Shown: positions 55,472-64,000 of the stretch, piece after piece
How the letters are laid out: each line of letters begins with the position of its first letter
How positions within the stretch are numbered: the stretch's first letter is position 1
NCBI GenBank assembly: GCA_017499595.2
Contig: CM039001.1
Span: 1,054,001-1,118,000, forward strand
Direction of reading: 5' to 3'
Source: Psilocybe cubensis
Taxonomy: Eukaryota
DNA: 64,000 nucleotides
Notes under the pieces: model-generated
What the model was told of the DNA's origin: nothing
What the model saw: only the letters and a program-made list of their open reading frames with translations
Databases searched by the model: none
Position numbers and translations under genes: made by a program

Positions 55472-58400
55472 TCATAGAAATCCTTGAAACCCATTTGAAA
55501 TCGACGTGCCGGATATATCAATGTTTGCTGCTGCGAGAAGTTCAGGAGAATGTGGAAAGTGCTCAAACTCCTATGAAAGTGGCCGAAGGTAGGGAATCCG
55601 ACAAAAGAACATGGGGAGGAGTAAAAATAAAAATCGTCAGTGCAAGATCAGGTCCAAATGACCGTCGATACCTACATCGACTGTGTTTGTAAGAAGAATA
55701 AGAAAGCAAGAAAAAAATACAAAAAGTATGCACATCAACAAAGTACTATGTTCATATCGGGAGAAACTCACCATGAGTACTTGGTAGCCGACTAGTATTT
55801 ACTCTCGTTGAAGAGGTCTGTCTTAGTTGTCGGAAATCGTTGTTGGCGTACGTTTTCGTTAATCCAGTGGCTGCAGGCGACCGTAACAGCGCTGTCGGTG
55901 GCGAAATAACGACCCCCAGAATGTCCGGTGTCTTATTCCCCGACTTAGGTGTTGATGGTTGGAAGGGTGTTGGAGAAAGCAGGTCTTCGATAGTGCCCAA
56001 CGGCAGCGTAAGCGAATCGACCAATTCAAGTTTTGACGCCGAGAACACTTCGTCCCCATCGATGCTCAATCTGTTTTCGACAAAGACAACGTCTCTCTCT
56101 CTCTCTGATGGAAGAATGGAAGCAAGCGTCGTACATAGATAATGAAAACCTTCACGGGAAATCCCAATCAGGGTTGACATTTTCACATTGTCTTCTTTCG
56201 AGGCAAGCCATTCCAGGATTTGGAGCAACATTTCTGCATTGTCCGCGGTCATAACAGACGCATGGTCTGAATATGTGCATATCATCCGTCCAAGTTCGGT
56301 CCGCAGACGTTCGTGAGAGATAGATGTTGAGGGGAGACTTTTGAGAATGTCAGGTATAAAATCCAATGCATCAACGACGGACGGATCAGATTCGGCATTC
56401 CTTAGGGCAAGGAGAAGGATGTTGAATCGGACGTCTGGACCAAATTGACTAGCCTTGCTTGCCAAATGGCTTGTAAGTCGGGTGAGCTCGGAAGCAGAGA
56501 TGCTGGAATCGAAAATAAGTGAAAGACAGGTGTCCAATAGTTGTGAAAGATCTTCATTGGAGGAAAGCGACGAAATTGTCCAGGCAGATGTTGTTGCTGA
56601 CGAGAGCAATAGTTGACAGAAATGGAGTGAATTGAAAACATGGTACTGTAGTACGATTCTATAGTTGAGATCGACGGGAGGATTCAAAAGAATGTGAAGG
56701 GTATTTGCGAGTTCTTTCAGCTCTTCGCCGAGAATCCATTCACCTATTGCCGTTTCCCCATTATCAAGAACGACGAGGCGTTGTAAAAAATGACTCCTCG
56801 TCTCTGGATCAAGCAAATGACAGAATTGAAACAACTCTGTCAACAATTGTGGGAATACGGAGGTCACCCAAAGTGAGGCAAACTCTTCAAAAGTAGTTGT
56901 CAGGGGTAAAAGCCTATCTACCAAATCATACACTTGTGATATATGATGGATAGGGTCCCGAACAATATCTTTCATATATGGATCGAGGAGTGTCCTTAGA
57001 ATGACTCGCGGGCCTGTACAATCCAATTTAGAAGAAAAGAATGAGATCGCAAGACTCCGCAGAATTTCAGGGCAGATAAACCTGATATTCTGTGCAGACG
57101 AATAGGCAACTGAAAGTTGAGAAGCAATTGTAAGAGCTGCATCCGAACAAGCATAAAGGTCAGCAATGGCGAATGTTAAGGCCTGCAGATCTCTGTTGAT
57201 GAGTAGGCAGACTTCAGCAAAGTGTCTGATCAGATGTAATGTGTCGCCTGCTGTGGACAGAAGGAGCTCGGTAAGCGCTTGGTTCATGCGCGGAGGTGGC
57301 TTCAGTGCAAAATGGGGGTTAAGATCATTTGATAGGTCGCGAAGGATCGTAATCAGGGTCGGCAGAATGGCCTGCGATCGTTCCGTCCAAAAACTGTTTG
57401 CCACTTTGAGTTCGCCGTCTTCGTGGCTAATTTGGTTTGTTATTATAGCTAATGAAACACGGAGGACACGAAGGCGTCGAAGCGAGAACGGGCGGACGCT
57501 TGTATAAGTAAGCTCCTCGACAGCAGATGGCAAACCATCTCGGGCAACCATGGCCAGTTTTTTCATTTCCATTAATTCCTCCGTTTCAATACAAGAAAAC
57601 GGTCCTTTGAGATCCAGGATTGTATCAACGAGGTCTTCACGCAGCATAGCTTGAGGCTCTTTGGCCAGTCCAATCAGCAATCGTTCTGCAAACATACCCG
57701 CTTTCAGAGGTGGGTCTTCATGTGTGTTCCACTGAAGTCGTTTGGTAATTTGACGCAACAGTAGGCAATGGTTAACGATCTAATAGGGACTGTCAAAAAT
57801 ATGGATAAAAAGTAGAAACAAAAGCAATTGACCTCTCGGTACCCGTCAATTCCTTGCCAAAGGACCAACACTGCTAACGCTCGTTCACGACATGGGCTAC
57901 TACCTACGCTGTCTGCCCATGCCAGAACAGGAAGCACAGTAGATACACCAACGAGTGCTCTCACAAAGGTGAGAAATTCATCATACGAAGGAAGAACATG
58001 TTGCCGTTGGAATAATGGAAGAGGAAGGGATCGATTACGTGGAACATCGCCAAGTTTATTAACCAGTTTGTTATTCGTCATCATACACTCTAGCCAACAT
58101 CCGATGGAGTGTTCGGTTGTTGTGATATCCTTTAAGAATGCTATACTGCTTGCAAAATCACCTCGTGGATTCGTTAGGGAGTCTTGGAAGGTTTTCCAAC
58201 CATGCAGTCTAGACAACAATCTTTTCAAAGCTTTCTGTGTCGATTTTTTTGTTCTAGGATTTGTCTGAATATTCTCAAGACATGTTCTGAAAGCATTATC
58301 ATCCAAGAAGTATGCAGCGATTTCGATGTTACTAGCAGCATCCAATAGGCAGTGGATTGTGGTATCATCCAAAGATTCTTCATTGTAAATTTGAGGGAGG

Positions 58401-59458
58401 TCAAGATGCTCCTATAATAGCAATGTTATCCTTGTTACATGCTGAGACACTTGTTGATACGAACTAGAAGAATCCTTGAAAACTTCGTTTGCTGAGATGC
58501 GGATATACCCAGAAGTTTGGCTGTATAATAAGCATCATCGGAGGCCTGTCGTTATAATTTTCAACTAAGGATGGTTGGACAAGAAAATTCGACTTACATT
58601 CGTGCCCAGAATGTCGTGCACCCTTTCTGCGAACCTTGTGATTGTTTCCGAAGATATATCCTCGCGTATGGGCCTACCAACAGACTTGACAAGTCTTTCC
58701 AAATCATCGTCTTCTGGAATATCTAACTCTGAGTATAATTCTGGAAATCCAGGAAGATCCCAATCGTATTTCTCTGGTTTGAGAGAGAATATTAAACGCG
58801 TTGCAACAGAGAGAGATGGCGGGGGTTCGTCCATTAGAAGGAGCAATTGCTCTGCGACTGACATGGGATTCGGTGAATTGGCAGGGTCGAGGTTGCTTGA
58901 TATAGGCATAGATATAGGTACAGGCATGGATTTGGGTTCATATGAAATGATCTCTGGCTTTTCTGTAATGTCATCCCCATAGATTGCTAGGAATACGGAC
59001 TCGAATTGTCCGTGGAATATAACTAAGCGCGTAGCATACTAATGATAAGATGGTTGAGGCGAGTCTATCAGTTATACTTCAAAGAAAAACATACCTCAAA
59101 TCCCATGTCAACTATAAATTCTGCCTGGCCGCCAACATAGGCAATTCTGGTTGGAGCTAGAGCATTCTTGACCGTGCGCCTGTCTTGAGAGTCCTGGCTG
59201 GGTTGCACTGGAGTGGCGTTGAAATAGACATCGAGAAAGAACGTGTCTGGGACAGTAGACCTGATTTTCATGTATTAGCTTCAATTGCTTACACGGGAAT
59301 AATACAAGAGACGCATACGCGACAATGTCTGGGGATTCACTGAACGGCTGAGCGCCTGTTGGAAAGATGCGTATGGATGCGACGCGAACAGGTGAGCGAA
59401 ATAAAATTGCTCCTATGTTTTCCCTGGCATAAATTTGATCCCATCCTAGAAGACGCAT
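55472..59458 (-). CDS. Virilizer N-terminal-domain-like large helical protein, multi-exon
   Basis: N-terminal AILFRSPVRVASIRIFPTG...TRLVIFHGQFESVFLAIYG resembles VIR_N; Leu-rich helical body; C-terminal KTYANNDFRQLR...SRLPSTHVDEF. Confidence 0.65.
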
Positions 59459-59666
59459 CGGATATCGAATAGCATAGAGAAATATGCTGTTGGTGCAAGC
59501 GGAGATACCATTAATTCAGTGGCTGGTCATTGCGGGACATCGGCAGAGTCCGAACAGACCGGTCACGTTTCAACGGCGGCAAGACAAGACCTTTGAATTC
59601 GTACTCTTCCGTCCTATTATTTCTTCACAACCTGGCCTCAAATATTTCTATCTCTCATCGCTGCTG

Positions 59667-60578
59667 ATGAGTCGACAAACGACAATCAAGCTACCGGCTT
59701 TGGATCTATCTGCGGCTCGCGCTCATGTCCCATTAAAGTCTCGCGCCCGCAGCGGCAGCATCGTCAAAGTCGAAGAAGTCGGTGAACGTTCTGTCGACGA
59801 GGTGCTCGACAGAAGTGCATATGCTAATATCAACGCCGACTGGGTCAATGCCAAAGGTTTTTCTCGTTTTTAGGAGTCTATGTATGCTGTTAAAAGCCGT
59901 TGTAATAGGTGCATGGCTCATTCACGTAGTCCTCATCATCCTCGGCAAAATTATCGTCGACACGGTTCCAGGGATGACTCAACAAATAAGCTGGACATTG
60001 GTGAACTTAATGTATCAAGCGGTATATCTAATCCATTTTCAATTCCTCTCTATAGTCTTAGCCCCGTTTTCAGCTATCATACCTTATGTTCCACTGGGTA
60101 ACTGGCATACCATTCGAGAACGATCTTCATGGAGGGGCCTACGATGACCTAACGCTGTGGGAGCAAATAGACGACGGTGCCCAATACACACCAGCAAAGA
60201 AGTGGCTGTTCTGCGTTCCGGTTGCCTTGTGAGTGCATACTCTCAACGCCATTATAACTCCGGGTTACAATCCGTTCATTTAGATTCCTGGCTTCAACAC
60301 ACTACACAAATTACAACCCTTGGCTATTTGCAATCAATCTCACTGCCCTTATATTCGTGCTAATACCCAAACTCCCCCAAGTAAGAACCTTTTTTGACAT
60401 CCCTGACTGAGTCCCTTACGTCTTTCTTCAGCTGCATCGCCAACGAGTGCGCTTCATGACCGATGGAGCATCTGGCATGGCCACACCTCTTACCCCAAGC
60501 TTCCCTAATTCCGGTAGATCAACGCCAACTTTAGACAAACCCGGGCCCGACCTCATCACCGAAGCCCACTTTCGATAG
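59667..60578 (+). CDS. ORM1: ORM/ORMDL family regulator of serine palmitoyltransferase
   Basis: NINADWVNAK|GAWLIH, SWTLVN, FHWVTGIPF, DDLTLWEQIDDGAQYTPAKKWL, IPKLPQ|LHRQR. Confidence 0.94.
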
Positions 60579-60796
60579 CAAAACTCGCTCGTAATGGCCT
60601 TCCCTTTGCTAATCGCGGAGGGTTATATTGCTATGTATATCGCATCCACAATATTGTGATAATCTGTAATCGATACAGTGAAACTTGTGAGGAAACACAA
60701 TTTCCCTTATTCTTGCCACTACAACCACCCGTGTTCTACGCATGACCACATATACTTTACAGATCCTATAATTATTTTCTAAAAACAAAAAAAATT

Positions 60797-62357
60797 CTAC
60801 AGTTCTTGGTACTGCTGCAGGCGTAGCCTGTAAAAGATACATTTCTTAGCTGGGTTCCCCTTGAATATCTAGAATTAGGAACTCACAAGTTACGGAGCAA
60901 CATGAAAATAGTCACTTTTCCCACTGCTGGAATGTAGATGGAGGCCTGCCAAACCTATTCGTTATCCCCAACTCTCTTCCCGAATCTAGGCGACTAACCT
61001 TATCACGGACATCCTTCTCAAAATTCTTGTCTGCCGCAACGTTCAGACAGATGCAGCCATCTTTAAGCCATTCTGTTTTGACCTTGTATGTTGGGCTGGG
61101 AACGGCGGAAACGACTACATCTGAAATTGCCAGACATTCTTGTAGAGTCAAAGTGCTTGGATGCACAACATGTCGGGGATGGTATCTTTGCGCTGTCACT
61201 GATTCTGATGAATCGTTAGGCGATAATTTGGGTCTTTTGGTATATTCCTAAATGGGAACGATGGGAAAAAATGAATTAGCGCCAGCTACACAATCGAAAT
61301 AAGTTACCAATCTACCTGAATAGAATCGATATCTACGGATATTACCCGAGCTCCATCGTTTGCGAGGAGAGCAGCAAGGGGTCTGCCTACAACTTCGGAT
61401 CTGCGTGGTCAGAGGAAGAAAGTAAAGGTCAGTATTACAAGTCAGCTCCCGTCTGTCGTGACAGACATCAGAAATGAAGCATTACCGATTAATAACGGTG
61501 ATTGTTTTTCCGTATGCCCTGTCGCCATAGGGGAGAATTTTGTTATACACTCCGACGAATTCCAAACATTTGACAATGGCCAATGGTGTGCAAGGGATGA
61601 TGGATTTTACTGTCCCGGCTGGAGGTTCCTCAGTTTCTGTCACAGTTGGAAGCTGGGTTAGAGAAGGGAGAGGGGCCAAGAGAGACTTGGGTTCAATAAA
61701 TCGAATGCTAAGCCCATTCAATTATGTGAAAAAACAATATTTGTGTGGTCACTGACTTGTGATACAAATTGTAATGAAATTTGAAGTGCAATCCCTCGAC
61801 GTCTTTGAGAGGAGAAACAACCTGTTGGAAAGAATTAAAACTATTTGACTATAATTAAAATGGTAGCGTACCTGTTGCAAATAATGATCCTGTATTGGAT
61901 AAACCCCACGACATAGTAAGCTCTAATTCAAACATGGTAGGTGGCTTTATATTAACCAACCTGTTGCGCGCCAAAGATTGGGAAATAAACCTATATAGCA
62001 AAACAGACATTCTGTGAGAAAGGAACCCGATTTTTACAAGTCCCTTACCATGATCCCATGAATAGATGGATCTTCATTGGCCTCGATGATGGCTTCCTCC
62101 ACACCCTCTCCTTCTCCAAGATCGGGCGATGCAGCCGCACCAACTTTTTTTAATACAAAGTTGACGCCTAGCTCATCGCATTGCTTTCTAGTAAACTCAG
62201 CATAATTGCTGCTCGGAGCGGCGGTGGTCGCCAAAATCCCAACGAGCTTCGGAGGACGCGAACAAGCTGCCAAAGACGACTTGACCTCGTCGCGAAACGC
62301 AGCAGTGATGGGGTCCGCTTTGAGCAGAAGGCCTTTCCTGGCGACAGCTGTGACCAT
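60797..62357 (-). CDS. MTD1: NAD-dependent methylenetetrahydrofolate dehydrogenase
   Basis: PKLVGILAT, YAEFTRK, HGIMVYFPIF, KDVEGLH, IIPCTPLAIVKCLE, GKTITVINRSEVVGRPLAALLANDGARV, VGKVTIFMLLRNL. Confidence 0.93.
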
Positions 62358-62887
62358 CTTGTCGAGAGATAGGTAGATACGTGAATACAGCAACAGTGCA
62401 GCAGATTTGGATGAATCCGATTTTAATGAATAGGTTGTGCTAAGTTTGGAAAGCCATGGCTCTGTCCAAATTTTCCTTCTTCCATCTAATCTAATCTCTA
62501 ACTAGCACCGCCACTGCGTCATCATTCGCATAGATGTGGGGACAGGGGCTCAACGGCAGAGAAAAGTTCGACCCTGATCCCCAAGTTGCTGCGGGTAGTA
62601 GGTCGTGTAGATGGCGCCGCAACCATCGATATCAAGGCCCCATGATCTTAAGGAAAACTCATTGTTATATCGACAGAAAGGATCAACCATGTTTTAAAAG
62701 TCATTTATTGCTGAGCTGGGTTTTCAAGGAATGTACTTGAATGCAAGCGTTGTCCAGAAAATGAGATAAACTACTGTACAAATATTCCAACGCAAGTAAG
62801 ATGATGGCGAACGTAATGAAAGACAAATCGCCAAAACGAAGTACTCGACGGAGCACATTGATGACAAGACAAACCATGGGCATTCGT

Positions 62888-63909
62888 TTATGCGCCTGAG
62901 TGATGGCTGAACCCGTTGACCTTGACATTGCCGTCTTGGGGAACATCAGAGGCATCGGTTCCACTCTCGTTCATGCTATCTGATTCATCTGGATCGACCT
63001 GATTGCGGATACTCGGAAGAGGAGGAATCGGTGGAATCTCGGACTCTTCGTCCTCGTCGTCGGCCATCAGTGCAGCTGCGCGCTGAACATAATATTAATA
63101 TCATACACAATGCAACCGATAATCGGTGAATCATACCTTCATCGCTTCTGCTTCATTAGAATAATGCCTTCCACGAGCACGAACGAAGTCCGCATGTTTG
63201 GCAGCAGCTAAGACACTCTTAGTACACGTTGAGTAAAGATGCAAGAGCAAGTTCTCACTTTCTTCGTCCATTTCCTCTTCAAATTCGACCTCGCCACCTG
63301 GCGATCTCGAATCTGCCCTAATTGCAATACGGGCGTCATTCGGCAAGTTAAAGCTTGTGCTCCTGCTGGAAGTGCCACTCCCTGATCTTCCAGACATTGA
63401 GGTTCCAGGACGGCCGTTGCTTGAGATAGATGTCCTGCGAGAAGATGGGCCAGAAGTGTCTGCGCCAGTTGGTGAGACAGACATGGTTGGGGACTCGGGA
63501 TGATGATCATGTAGGGGGGACGACGCCGAATACCCCAAGTCGAGGTTCGGGATGTCTAAAAGAATAGTTAGAGATGTCACAGATTCGACAGAGACCATCA
63601 TCACCTCCTTCGATTTCATCGGTTTCAGCGTTATAGCGAACATAAGGCGTTTTGGGCTCAGTAATCTTCATCAAACTGTCCTTCCCAATTTCAGTCAAAG
63701 CAAGATTCTCCTCGTCCCATTGCAAGCTGCTGCAAATGAAGTCAAGATTGACCAGGTAAATCTGCAATACTAGATGAAATATAGATTGAAACTCACTGTC
63801 CGCCAGTGTTTGAAGATTGAGGTGTGTTTTTTAGGATTCCCTTGGGTTTGGGGAGAGACGCAGAACGAGGAAGAGGAGCAACGGGACGTTCTTCGAAAAC
63901 TTCAGACAT
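62888..63909 (-). CDS. GLC8: Protein phosphatase 1 inhibitor-2 (Glc8/IPP-2)
   Basis: KPKGILKN (SILK-type motif), [18 protein letters not shown] (PxTP site), [17 protein letters not shown]. Confidence 0.88.
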
Positions 63910-64000
63910 GAGAGCAAATAGTGGCGGTGGGGTTGAGATGCAAAACCGATAGAACACTTAAAGGTACAAGTTCAAACGCGGCGGCTTTAAGCTTAAGTGT

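Overview
Gene-dense, intron-rich eukaryotic DNA with many 50-60 nt GT-AG introns, consistent with a mushroom-forming basidiomycete (Agaricomycetes; taxon is my inference). The window holds about 21 protein-coding genes, mostly housekeeping: TRM10 (partial), APT1, a small membrane-protein ORF, a Scw1/Whi3-like RRM protein, PSY2/PPP4R3, TOM20 with a downstream SET domain, CLPTM1, 14-3-3, KDM5/Lid2, a metacaspase, BST1/PGAP1, a CorA Mg transporter, MDM34, a Uds1-like coiled-coil protein, a virilizer-like protein, ORM, MTD1, GLC8/IPP-2 and two hypothetical proteins. It also holds two intron-containing tRNA-Arg(UCU) genes. I saw no transposon, CRISPR array or secondary-metabolite cluster. The most striking feature is the TOM20 locus. 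It appears to encode a ~202 aa TOM20 or, by splicing over an alternative terminal exon, a ~578 aa TOM20-MYND/SET fusion with non-canonical SET motifs. All exon boundaries were read by eye and all product names come from motif recognition, not database searches.
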